The notes below the pieces were generated by a model. That model did no database searches. It had not been told where the DNA came from and was given only the letters and a program-made list of their open reading frames with translations. The translations under genes and the position numbers were made by a program. A stretch of 62,944 nucleotides of DNA, counting the filler, from Chiloscyllium plagiosum (taxonomy: Eukaryota): NCBI RefSeq assembly GCF_004010195.1. It is 5 parts of one record of this genome, joined end to end, with 100 filler letters (N's around TTAATTAATTAA, not from the genome) between each part and the next. Parts side by side here need not be neighbours in the genome. Positions count along the whole stretch, not along the records: positions 25,717 to 46,492 come from NC_057712.1; 4 more parts are not named here. One strand, given 5' to 3'. Of this stretch, positions 25,717 to 37,427 are shown in pieces (within the stretch, counting starts at the first letter, position 1; each line of letters begins with the position of its first letter).

Positions 25717-28700
25717 CTTCCTGCACGCTCACTCCCTTCCTGCACGCTCACTTCCCTCCAGTGCGCTTACTCCATTCGTGCGCGTTTACTCCCCTCCTAC
25801 GCGCTCAGTCCCTTCCAGCGCGCTCACTCCCCTTCAGCGCACTTACTCCCTTCCTGCGCATTCACTCCCTTCCTGTGTGTTCACTCTCTTCCTGCACGCT
25901 TACTCCCTTCCTGCGCACTCACTTGCTTCCTGCACAGTTACTCCCCTCCAGTGCGCTTACTCCCTTCCTCCGCACTCACTCCCTTCCTACGCGCTCAATC
26001 TCCTCCAGCATGCTCACTCTCTTCCTGCACGCTCACTCCCTTCCTGCGTGCTCACTCCCTTCCTGCGTGCTCACTCCCTTCCCGTGTGCTCACTTCTCTC
26101 CAGTGCATTTACTCCCTTCCTGCACGCTCACTCCCTTCCTGCACGCTCACTCCCTTCCTGCGCGCTCACTTCCCTCCTGCACGCTTACTACCCTCCAGTG
26201 CGCGTACTCCCTTCCTGCGCACTTTACTCCCTTCTGCACGGTCACTTCCCTCCCGTGCGCTTACTCCCTTCCTGCGCGCTTACTCCCCTCATGCGCGCTC
26301 AGTCCTTTCAGCGCGCTCACTCCCCTTCAGCGCGCTTACTCCCTTCCTGCGCACTCACTCCCTTCCTGCGCGTTCACTCTCTTCCTGCGAGCTCACTCCC
26401 TTCCTGCACGCTCACTTCCCTCCAGTGCGCTTACTCCATTCGTGCGCGTTTACTCCCCTCCTACGCGCTCAGTCCCTTCCAGCGCGCTCACTCCCCTTCA
26501 GCGCACTTACTCCCTTCCTGCGCATTCACTCCCTTCCTGTGTGTTCACTCTCTTCCTGCACGCTTACTCCCTTCCTGCGCACTCACTTGCTTCCTGCACA
26601 GTTACTCCCCTCCAGTGCGCTTACTCCCTTCCTCCGCACTCACTCCCTTCCTACGCGCTCAATCTCCTCCAGCATGCTCACTCTCTTCCTGCACGCTCAC
26701 TCCCTTCCTGCGTGCTCACTCCCTTCCTGCGTGCTCACTCCCTTCCCGTGTGCTCACTTCTCTCCAGTGCATTTACTCCCTTCCTGTACGCTCACTCCCT
26801 TCCTGCACGCTCACTCCCTTCCTGCGCGCTCACTTCCCTCCTGCACGCTTACTACCCTCCAGTGCGCGTACTCCCTTCCTGCGCACTTACTCCCTTCCTG
26901 CACGGTCACTTCCCTCCCGTGCGCTTACTCCCTTCCTGCGCGCTTACTCCCCTCATGCGCGCTCAGTCCTTACAGCGCGCTCACTCCCCTTCAGCGCGCT
27001 TACTCCCTTCCTGCGCACTCACTCCCTTCCTGCACGTTCACTCTCTTCCTGCGCGCTTACTCCCTTCCTGCGCACTCACTCGCTTTCTGCACAGTGACTC
27101 CCCTCCAGTATGCTTACTCCCTTCCTGCGCACTCACTCCCTTCCTACGCGCTCAATCTCTTCCAGCGTGCTCACTCTCTTCCTGCACGCTCACTCCCTTC
27201 ATGCGTGCTCACTCCCTTCCTGTGCGCTCACTCCCTTCCTGGGTGCTCACTTACCCTCCAGTGCGTTTACTCCCTTCCTGCGCGCTCACTCCCTTCCTGC
27301 ACACTCACTCCCTTCCTGCGTGCTTATTCCATTCCTGTGCGCTCACTCCCCTCCAGCGTGCTTACTCCCTTTCTGTGCACTCACTCCTCTCCAGCGCGCT
27401 CACTCCCCTACAATGCGTTTACTCCCTTCCTGCGCGCACACTCGCCTCCGGTCCACTTAATCCCTTCCTGCACGCTCACTCCCCACCTGCGTGCTTACTC
27501 CCCTCCAGCACACTCACTCCCCTCCAGTGCACTTACTCCGTTCCTGTGCACTCAGTCCCTTCCTGCACACTCACTCCCCTCCAGTGCACTTACTCCCTTC
27601 CTGCGCGCTCACTCCCTTTCTGCACGCTTACTCCCTTCCTGCACACTCACTCCCCTCCAGTGCACTTACTCCCATCCTGCACGCTCACTTCCCTCCAGTG
27701 TGCTTACTCCCTTTTTGTGTGCTTACTCCCTTCCTGCATGCTCAGTCCCTTCCTGCCCGCTCACTCCCCTCCAGCATGCTTACTCCCTTCCTGTGCTTTC
27801 ACTCCCCTCCAGTGCGCTTACTCCCTTCTTGCGTGCTTACTCCCTTTTTGCGTGCTTACTCCCTTCCTGCGCGCTCACTCCCCTCCAGTGCGCTTACTCC
27901 CTTCTTGCATGCTTACACCCTTTTTGCGTGCTTACTCCCTTCCTGCGCGCTCAGTCTCTTCCTGCGCGCTCACTCCCCTCCAGCACGCTTACTCCCTTCT
28001 GTGCGTTCACTCCCCTCCAGTGCGCTCACTCCCTGCCTGCACGCTCACTCCCCTCCAGCATGCTTACTTTCCTCCAGTGTGCTCACTCCCTTCCTGACAC
28101 TAACTCCCCTCCAGTGCGCTTATTCCCTTCCTGTGTGCTCACTATCCTCCAGTGCACTTGCTCCACTCCAGCATTCTCACTCCCCTCCAGTGCGCTTACT
28201 CCCTTCCTGCACGCTCACTCCCTTCCTGCAGGCTCACTCCCTTCCTGCGCGCTCACTCCCCTCCAGCGCGCTCACTCCCTTCCTGCGCACTCACTCCCCT
28301 CCTGCGCGCTTACACAACTCCAGCATGCTCACTCTGCTCCAGTGCACTTACTCCCCTCCTGCACGCTCACTCCCTTCCTGAGCGCTCACTCTCTTCCTGC
28401 ACGCTCACTCCCGTCCAGTGCGCTTACTCCGTTCCTGCGCACTCACTCCCTTTCTGCGCATTCACTCCCTTCCTGTGCGCTCACTCCCCTCTTGCGCGCT
28501 CACTCCCCTCCAGTGCGCTTACTCCCTTCCTGCGCGCTCACTCCTCTCCAGCGCGCTTACTCCTTTCCTACACGCTCACTCCCTTCCTACACACTCACTC
28601 CCCTCCAGCGCACTCACTCCTCTCCAGTGCACTTACTCCTTTCCTCCGCTCTTACTCCCTTCCTGCGCGCTCACTCCCTTCCTGCACACTCACTCCCCTC

Positions 28701-29130
28701 CAGTGCGCTTACTCCGTTCGTGCGCACTCACTCCCTTCCTGCGCACTCACTCCCCTCCAGTGCGCTTACTCCGTTCCTGCGCCCTCACTCCCTTCCTGCG
28801 CGCTCACTCCCCTCCAGTGCATTAACCGCCGTTCCTACGCACTCACTCCCCTCCTGTGCGCTCACTCCCTTCCAGTGCACTTACTCCCCTCCTGCGCACT
28901 CACTCCCCTCCTGCGCGCTCACTATCCTCCAGTGCGCTTACACCCTTCCTGCACGCTCACTCCCTTCCTGCGCACTCACTCTCTTCCTACACACTCACTC
29001 CCCTCCAGCGCACTTACTCCCTTCCTGCACGCTCACTCTCTTCCTGCACGCTCACTCCCCTCCAGTGCGCTTACTCCCTTCCTGCGCACTCACTCCCTTC
29101 CTGTGTGCTCACTCCCCTCCTGCGCGTTCA
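25717..29130. repeat. 19-bp C-rich, CpG-rich minisatellite with higher-order duplication
   Basis: Unit approximately CTCACTCCCTTCCTGCGCG, with a CTCCAGTGCG variant. A diagnostic block TCCATTCGTG recurs at 25771 and 26435 (offset 664, about 35 units). Confidence 0.95.
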
Positions 29131-29144
29131 CCCTCTGCTAGGAG

Positions 29145-29431
29145 GCGTCCAGTCTCCCCAGTTAGAGGAGACCGCATCGGGAGCAACGGATACAATAAAT
29201 GATATTATTGGATGTGCAGGTAACACTTTGTTGGATGTGGAAGGCTCCTTTAGGTCCTTGGATGGAGGTGAGGGAGGAGGTGTGGGAGCAGGTTTTGCAA
29301 TTCCTGACCAGGTAGTCACAGAGGGAACGGTCTTTGCGGAAGGTGGAAAGAGGTGGGGAGGGAAATATATCCCTGGTGGTGGGGTCTTTTTGGAGGTGGC
29401 GGAAATGTTGGCGGATGATTTGGTTTATGCG
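29145..29431 (-). mobile_element. Penelope family-A GIY-YIG fragment
   Basis: TCTSNNIIYCIRCSRCGLL.LG on the minus strand; runs into an N gap (29432-30117). Confidence 0.85.
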
Positions 29432-30117
29432 NNNNNNNNNNNNNNNNNNNNNNNNNNNNNNNNNNNNNNNNNNNNNNNNNNNNNNNNNNNNNNNNNNNNN
29501 NNNNNNNNNNNNNNNNNNNNNNNNNNNNNNNNNNNNNNNNNNNNNNNNNNNNNNNNNNNNNNNNNNNNNNNNNNNNNNNNNNNNNNNNNNNNNNNNNNNN
29601 NNNNNNNNNNNNNNNNNNNNNNNNNNNNNNNNNNNNNNNNNNNNNNNNNNNNNNNNNNNNNNNNNNNNNNNNNNNNNNNNNNNNNNNNNNNNNNNNNNNN
29701 NNNNNNNNNNNNNNNNNNNNNNNNNNNNNNNNNNNNNNNNNNNNNNNNNNNNNNNNNNNNNNNNNNNNNNNNNNNNNNNNNNNNNNNNNNNNNNNNNNNN
29801 NNNNNNNNNNNNNNNNNNNNNNNNNNNNNNNNNNNNNNNNNNNNNNNNNNNNNNNNNNNNNNNNNNNNNNNNNNNNNNNNNNNNNNNNNNNNNNNNNNNN
29901 NNNNNNNNNNNNNNNNNNNNNNNNNNNNNNNNNNNNNNNNNNNNNNNNNNNNNNNNNNNNNNNNNNNNNNNNNNNNNNNNNNNNNNNNNNNNNNNNNNNN
30001 NNNNNNNNNNNNNNNNNNNNNNNNNNNNNNNNNNNNNNNNNNNNNNNNNNNNNNNNNNNNNNNNNNNNNNNNNNNNNNNNNNNNNNNNNNNNNNNNNNNN
30101 NNNNNNNNNNNNNNNNN

Positions 30118-30322
30118 ATTGTACTCTATGCTACTTTCTCCCCACCCCCACCCTCCTCTAGCTTATCTCTCCACGCTTCAGGCTCTCTGCCTTTATTCCT
30201 GATGAAGGGCTTTTCCCCGAAACGTCGATTTCGAAGCTCCTCGGATGCTGCCTGAACTGCTGTGCTCTTCCAGCACCACTAATCCAGAATCTGGTTTCCA
30301 GCATCTGCAGTCATTGTTTTTA
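30118..30322 (+). mobile_element. Penelope family-A pLTR with hammerhead-like core
   Basis: CTGATGA-A-GGGC-TTTT-CCCC-GAAA-CGTC at 30199-30226; near-identical to 98-270. Confidence 0.88.
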
Positions 30323-30742
30323 CCTAATCAGTTTGTTATTTTCCACCTTTTGCCTTACTCCCTTTTTAAACAGGGGTACCATGTTATTGATTTTCCAGGC
30401 CCCTGGGATCTTCCCTGATTCTAGTGATTCCTGAAATATCACCACTATTGCCTCCACGATCTCTTCGGCTATCTCCCTTAGAACTCTGGGGTGTAGCCCA
30501 TTTGGTCCAAGTGATTTATCCATCTTCAGGCCATTCAGTTTTTCTAGTACCCTCTCCTTGGTGATGGCCACCATACTCAGCTCTGCCCTCTCACTCCCTT
30601 GAATTTTGGGAATATTACTTGTGTCTTCCACTGTGAAGACTGACGCAAACTAATTATTCAGTTCCTCAGTCATTTCCTTGTTCCCCACTACTATCGCTCC
30701 AGTGTTATTTTCCAATGACCCAGTGTTCACTTTTGCCTCTCA
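30323..30742 (-). mobile_element. CR1 ORF2 internal fragment
   Basis: VLEKLNGLKMDKSLGPNGLHPRVLREIAEEIVEA...W...MVPLFKKG. Confidence 0.9.
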
Positions 30743-31257
30743 TGCAGGCACATATCAAGTCTCAGATGGTTATCCCAACCCCCTAAGTATATAGGTCCCC
30801 CACTGTACTTGGATAACAATACTTTATACACTAATTTTCCTTATTGGACACATCATTATGATTAAATATACACAAATAACTTCTTACATAAAATGGAAAT
30901 TAGCCACTATTTACTTATACTGGCTATTATTCAAACCTCTTTGGCGATGAGCAGTACTCAATAGAGTAAAATTCATAACCACACAACATTATACATAATC
31001 CTTTCACTACATAGTCTGGGTTAATTAATTTAAATCGGTATTGAGCAGACACAGCCAATTCAAAAGGGTATCAGGGAAATCAAAGTAACTGATTGCTGTG
31101 ATGGCCACTGGGACTGGAGCTCAAACATGCAGATACACCCATGGATACATCTCCTAACACACCTGGCTGTGCTGTTCATCCTGTTTCCTTTGATCTACCT
31201 CACCATCCTCATGATTATATTCATTTATTGGAAGAAGGAGCTCATCGAGAAACTAAC

Positions 31258-32063
31258 TATGCTAACTCCGAGAGCAAGTGCTCTATCTGCTCGTCACTGA
31301 TCCAAGGCAGGACTTGTCCTTGCTTCGTCTGGTTGAAGTTCTCTCTCAACTGTTTGATTATCCACTGGCCATAGATACTGAACAGGTCTTATTCTATGGA
31401 CTACTGTCATCATTTTTCTTTCTCCAGATGATCTTATCGATGGTCCTGGTGTGTGCTTCCAGCACCATTACCAGGTGTCCTCTGCCTGATTTTCTTTTAT
31501 CACCTCATTGGTATCTTTCCGATTATCCAGGTTAATTTTGTTCATGGTTTGTTTGACATTCTAGGTTAAAAGTTTAAGCTCATTATTCAAATTAGTCAAA
31601 TCAAGGATATTGACCGTGGACCTCCTGCTCCATAAGCTGGTGCTAAATCATTGAACATGTCACTTTCACTACAACCCATTGGCCTGGGTCTGGTCTGCCC
31701 TCTATCAATCTCATTTCTCTATCCTAATAGCCAATGGGTTGAATACAAGTATAATTTCTGAAGTTCGAAAGGGCACCACTCTGGCAGCTGGGTTCCAGAT
31801 ATATATATATATTCATACATGCTGTCGTTCAGGGTTTTGCCCATGTGTTTTAAAACCAACCCATTTTGTGGTCCTGGACTTGTCCTTGGACAAACATGTA
31901 GGGCTACACTTCTGGCTGTGTTTAGCCTATTTCTAATTTCATACAGGACATAGCTCTGCCCTTGACCTTGCCGGTGCATTATTGCCCAATTTCTAGCCCC
32001 TTTTCCGGGTTGGTAGCCCAACATCCCATTTCTGTACATCTGTTTGTGGAAAACCCCTACCAA
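31258..32063 (-). pseudogene. env-like remnant with class-I fusion protein features
   Basis: GPQNGLVLKHMGKTL...QLPEWCPFELQKLY, then CSES|DMFNDLAPAYGAGG/STVNILDLTNLNNELKLLT.NVKQTMNKI (possible decayed furin site, fusion peptide, heptad), then VLEAHTRTIDKII and YGQWIIKQLRENFNQTKQGQVLPWISDEQIEHLL. Requires three frameshifts. Confidence 0.6.
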
Positions 32064-32934
32064 TTACTCATGGTGACTGTACTCTGTTAGCAATAATCTG
32101 AGCTGCCCTTTGTTTTTCCAATCCACAACCTGCTGGTTATTACACCCAAACATCACAGATTATTTGGGGTGGACCCACAAAACACCATCCTCTCATTTTG
32201 TCTGCCCCTGACCAGGCAAACCACATGGACATTGGATAGTGTAGTCGTGCCCAGTTCACACTTCCGAAGATCTCATCCTGTCAGTCTGGCTGATAATGTA
32301 GACCACAGGCTGGAGAGGGAATCGATATGATATCTGTTACTGTCCTTGTGTAATATCTGACCAAGTTTAGAAACCTTCCCATCCTTTCTCCACCTGCGGA
32401 GATCTTTTCCAACTCTGTCTGGTTGCTCAGCAAACCCCTGCCAAAATTACTTTTATTGAATTCTCCTAATTCACTGTTTTCAGTCAATTTCAGGTCTGAT
32501 ATTGATTAATCCAAAATGGAGCGTCAGGAGTCAATTTCACTATGTATGGATGTGAAGCCTTTCCTCAGGCCTGGCCTCTGTTATTCAGAAATGAGGGGTG
32601 GTAGGAATAGAGTTGGTACCTTGGTATGATCAAAGGTCTGTGTGATTAAAATTAAGACAGTAAGATGGAAAATGGCCAAAAGGCTGAATCAGGATCAGGA
32701 ATTTCAAAACAAAAACAGAAATTGCTGGAGAATCTCATTTGGTCTGGCAGCATCTGTGAAGGGCAAGCAGAGATCATGTTTTGGGTCCAGTGTCCCATCT
32801 TCAGATCAGGAATTTAGTTCTGGATCTGTATCATTGAATCATCTGGGACCAGGATTGGGACATGATTTAGGATCCACTTGCCCCAGATCTTGTAAAAGTA
32901 AGTGATGTTATTGGCTGTTGGTTTGGGCTCTCTG

Positions 32935-34100
32935 AGCCTCTAACTAATTAATGTGGTACCACCCAGTATTTCGTGTATCCAACTAAATTCTGTACACGGA
33001 TGGGCTGGCCATGTCCACTACCGAATGGGGACATGAATATCTGCGGGGACAGGAATTTTCCATTCCTTTACCTTCTTCTCTACTGGGTTCTCCTTCCCAT
33101 CAAAGTACATCGTGCTCTGCTTTTTCCTTTCTGCCATTACTGATGACTGCTGCTTTGTGTGCAGCCTGTACATTATCTAATAGAGACTGCACTGTTTTCT
33201 CACGACAGAGGCTTTGACCTCAGGCCCTGTCAAGTCCATTCCTCTCATGGGGCATCCAGTCATCAGAGCATGGGGTTGAATCTAGTTGAAGTGGTGGGTG
33301 CTTTATTTATGAGAATGAGAACATAGGGTAAAACAACATTGCAGGTTGAGTTGTTTTGCTGGTCCACCTTTTGTAGCATCACTTTAATGGTGCAATTCAT
33401 CTTCTCTACAATCCCACTGGAATCTTTGGCTAATGTCAAATATATTCATCACTGCATGCATTAACTGGGCTGTGAAATGGGTTCCCTGCACTGAATCTGT
33501 ACTAGTGAAAAACATGCTGAATTAAGATGTTTGCTGAAACTTTAGTGGTGTTAGTTGGAGTGTGGAACGCCTCTACCTGTTTGCTAAAAATGTTCACAGT
33601 GACCAGGATACAGGTCGTTCTGCTATAATGCGCATTTCATTAATACAAATTCACTGTAATACGATTGATAAATTGTGGACACTGAACTAGGGACACTGTT
33701 TCTAAAGCGTGAACTTTTAAAATGTGTGTTGGCTGTAACGTGATTACATCGCCAATACTTTAAGCGCTGTTTCTATAATGCAGGGCTGCACAAGAACACA
33801 ACTGTTGCATTATAGATGAACTACCTGTATACTTATACCCCTCTTTACAGCATAGTAGGAGGCCGATGTTGCTTAGTTGAAGGTCAGTCCATGGCCATGC
33901 TACTGACCCAGTATGCCTTAACTCTCCCTCATTGCCATACTTGTCCGAACTGTTTTGGGCACAGTTGATACAATTCTCAACATTACAGTTTATGTTGTTA
34001 CCTATTTCTGGCCACCAACAGAAACCTTTAATTCTGTCATTCAAGTCTTTTGACCCTTAATGGGCCTTGACATTGTGGCATTGAAATATCACTTGATTTT
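32935..34100 (-). pseudogene. Integrase remnant
   Basis: WWPEIGNNINCNVENCINCAQN (HHCC), WPWTDLQL, GYKYILVTVNIFSK.VEAF (after removing the MITE), LPYVLI, ALMTG.PMRG, and a C-terminal PRYSCPHSVVDMASPSVYRI...WYHIN. Confidence 0.88.
33611..33827. mobile_element. Tc1/mariner (pogo/Tigger-like) MITE
   Basis: TIRs CAGGTCGTTCTGCTATAATGC and GCATTATAGATGAACTACCTG, TA target duplication at 33609-10 and 33828-29. Removing it restores the integrase frame. Confidence 0.9.
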
Positions 34101-34249
34101 GTCCTGGAACCAGTACCGCACACTGTCTACTGTTGAGAACAAGTCTGTAATTAGTACTTAGCTTGTCCTCCCATTTGCAGGATGAGGCAGAGATGATTCC
34201 CTCCTGTACTTGTTGTAATGCAGAATCACTGCTCTGAGCCTGTATCAGA

Positions 34250-34700
34250 TCTCCAGCCTTGGTTTTCCTCACAGCAACAGCATCTATTTGTTCTGGAATG
34301 GAGCACTGCCATGGTTACCCTTGTGAACAATCTGCTGGGTCTATTTGTTTGCCCCTATATTCCCTGTTGGGGAAGTTTGATGGTAAGCTCTAGCCTTAAT
34401 GATGCCATGTTTGTGGTCTTGGGCAGTTTGGAGAATAAATTTGAACAGGGTATAAATGGTAATAATTTCCCAGCTGCAAAGATGAATCCTCTACCTTCCC
34501 ACAGTGGCATGAAGTCAGTTAAACTGTTCCGTACATACATGCTGTCTGAGTGTGTATCTGCTGGTATTGGGGAGTTTTAGCACAAACTCTATTTGGAGTT
34601 CACCTCTGCGGTTCTCCACATGTACACATCTTGTTTTTCAGTGTCCATCCTCTGCCATAGAGGATCCATCTACACATGTTCCTTAGGGCAGGGGAGTCTT
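34250..34700 (-). pseudogene. Second (retroviral/cellular-type) RNase H remnant
   Basis: CVDGS near 34665-34678, then PADTHSDSMYVRNSLTDFMPLWEGRGFIFAAGKLL. Confidence 0.7.
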
Positions 34701-34879
34701 CCTTCTCTTCCTCAGGTTCCTGTGAGTCATCCCCCACTTTATTTTAGCCCAAATGGTCGCTTGGGGACATTTGTAGCCACTGCCTGACGCTCATGGGATT
34801 CTCCTCCTTAGGTGAAATTGTTGGCTAGGAATATGGGCACATTGGTAGATTTGATCTCAATGTTGCGACCCTGTGACAT

Positions 34880-35800
34880 TAAGGTCCAGCACATTATGCA
34901 GTTCTGACTACCATCTTTAATCCTGCCATCCATCAAAACTTGAAAGGGTGTGCCCTCCAACAGAATGGTAATTTAGGCAAAATGTTGTACTGCCCAGAAC
35001 ACTGCTAGCAAGTGCTTCTTACTCATAAAGAAACCCCTGCCCTCCTGGTGAAAGAGTCTGGGAAGTATAAGTATCAGCCCAAAGTTGTTGTGTTGTTCTT
35101 GGAAACATACAGCTGCCACTATGGCATCCATGGCTGCAACTTCCAAGGTGACGGAAGACTGGATCAGGTACCTGCAGTGGAGGGGCCTGTTTGATTTCAG
35201 TAACAGTGTCAGTGCTGTTCAGTCCATTCTTACTGCACGTTGGAGAGTGGGCAGCTTTAGTGACTAAACCATCAATGTGGTTCTCACAGAATCCTACTCA
35301 CCCTAGAATGGAACAGAATGAGCCCACATTCCTGGGAAGGGGCATACAGACTATGGCACTTTCCTTCTATTTTGTGTTTCACCTGATCTCTCTCAGTTCC
35401 CAAGTATGACCGGGGACCTCATGATCTGTGCCTTCTTGGGGTTAACTTTTAGTGCTAGGTAGGTGAGGAGGATTAACAGTTCCTTTCACTGTGTCCAAAG
35501 GTTTGGTCTTTGGTCTCTGTCTGCAGGAGGAGTGCACCAAGCAGTCCAATCGAAAAATCCTCTCCACCCTCAGCCAGCTTCTGATAAAATTTTGTGAAAA
35601 CTCTGGGGAAAGCAAGTGCATGTGTATTGCTGTCCCTGAAATGTGAAGGCAATTTTATACTGGCAGAGTTGGCGAGACAGAGGGACTGAATTAATATCCA
35701 GTGAAACATTTTGCCCATTGGATTTGCCTCACTGTGGTTGCGGGGATAGTGGCTACTGTCAGTGCTGTCAAAAAAAAATGTGGAAGTCAGCTGTGGACTC
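34880..35800 (-). pseudogene. Reverse transcriptase and first (tether-like) RNase H remnant
   Basis: CQYKIAFTFQGQQYTCTCFPQSFH (decayed AFTF.G.QYTW..LPQGF), LLLQTET, KVNPKKAQI, and HLLAVFWAVQHFA near 34975-35015. Confidence 0.85.
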
Positions 35801-36089
35801 AATTGCATAGATCATCTTGCTATCTCTGCCAATTGCACCACCATAAATGGGATAGATTACGTAATTAGATTATTAATCTGGTCGTCCTGAAATGTTGCGG
35901 TCAGAAGGTTCATCGGGCAGGGTAAGATCCTAGGGGTGTGTCAAAGGGTATACTCCTTCCTGAAAAGGAGGTGTCGTGGTCCCCAATCATCCCACTCTCA
36001 GTGTATCTGCAGGCTTGTTCTTTCTTTTCCTTCCAGACTATCTTATAATTGGTGTCCTGTTCTGATTCGATTGCCCCTTTGTCATTTTT

Positions 36090-36297
36090 CAGACTCGAGT
36101 GTGGTGCTGGAAAAATACAGCAGGTCAGGCAGCACTCGAGGAGCAGGAGAATCGACATTTTGGGCATCAGCCCTTCATCAGGCTCTTGCCCGAGACGTCG
36201 ATTCTCCTGCTCCTCGGATGCTGCCTGGCCTGCTGTGCTTTACCAGCATCATACTCTTGACTCCAATCTCCAGCATCTGCAGTCCTCACTTTCTCCC
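36090..36297. mobile_element. Fold-back Penelope family-A tail insertion (single tail also at about 36634-36720)
   Basis: Inverted arms meet at GCCCTTCATCAGG|CTCTTGCCCGAGACGTC. Confidence 0.85.
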
Positions 36298-37412
36298 ACT
36301 TTAACTTTTCAATCATATACTGACATTTTGAATGGTCTGCTGTGTGAGTCTGCTTTCTTTGCCTGTCTGATGCAGGAGTCTAAGCACAACCTGTAGATGT
36401 TTTCATTTCTAAGGCAGCTCATCCATAGCTTTTTGGGCTGTCATGCACCGTGTCTTCTGGTACACTCTATTGCACTTGGTCTGATCTGTCCCAATGTATC
36501 ACATTCACCTGGTTCCTCTGCTCCTACTCGGCTGCTTTTTCCAGTTCTTGCTTCACTTCCTCCAGCTCCTGACTTAGTTTCACTTTCTCGCATTCTCTAC
36601 CTCCCAGCTATTCCACACAGCGAGCTATCACTATTTCCTGATGAAGGGCTTTTGCCCAAAATGTCGATTTTCCTGCTCCTCGGATGCTGCCTGACCTGTT
36701 GTGCTTTTCCAGCATCACTGTAATCTTATCACCATTGCCCTGCTGAGTTTTCAAGCGAGCTTCCCTTCAACTCTCTGCACCACCTCCCAGCATCACAGGT
36801 TGCAGACCAGATATTTACTCACTGTAATGGTCAACCCACCTGGGCCACTTCTTATTTAGGTATTTTCTTAGTACCTTCTTCCACTCTGGGCACCATGCCA
36901 TTTCTCCTATTGTTTCCTTTCAATTTATCACTCACTCTCTTTCTCTTATGGGTGCCCAAGCCTTTCTTAGGTCTCTGGGTCCACAAACCCTTTCACTATC
37001 TCTTACCTTGTGAGTGCCTGATCCTATTCTACCTTCTCTGCACTCTTGTGGGTGCTCTGACCCTGTCTTCACCTTCCTTACCTCTGTTTCTTGTGGGTCC
37101 TTGACCCTGTACTAACTCCGGTCATTCTGTGTTCTCGGTTTCCCACTGGGTTCAACCCGAGACAGAGGAGCCAAATGGGGACAGGGTCCAGCTCTCACTA
37201 ACTCGTCCCCAATTGCAGCTGCACCCTGAACTATTCTAGCTCTGAACTCTGTTTGTTTGTCCTCCTTATCATAGAATCCCTACAATGTGGAAACAGGTCC
37301 TTTGGCCCAACACATCCACACCAATCCTCTGAAGATGTTACATGCGTTTGGCTTGTGGGCCATTGACTGGTCAGAATCCTTCACTCTCTTTCACCCACTT
37401 GAATCCTGGCTA

Positions 37413-37427
37413 TCACATGGGGCAGCA
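37413..37427 (-). promoter_or_regulatory. Putative primer-binding site (elongator tRNA-Met-like)
   Basis: TGCTGCCCCATGTGA versus the recalled TGGTGCCCCGTGTGA (13/15). It lies upstream of pol, and an ATTAAA sits about 80 nt further upstream. Confidence 0.5.

Noticed and set aside
25717..29130. CRISPR-like array
   Set aside because: Contiguous degenerate units with no unique spacers, in a vertebrate context with no cas genes.
25761..29202. Very long ORFs (778, 439 and 1083 aa and others) as a repetitive protein gene
   Set aside because: They are open in all three + frames because the C-rich 19-bp unit rarely makes stops. The period is not a multiple of 3, so this is a minisatellite artefact.
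28856..30202. ORFs spanning N runs (also 48151-48815 and 50070-50280)
   Set aside because: Their length comes from assembly gaps.
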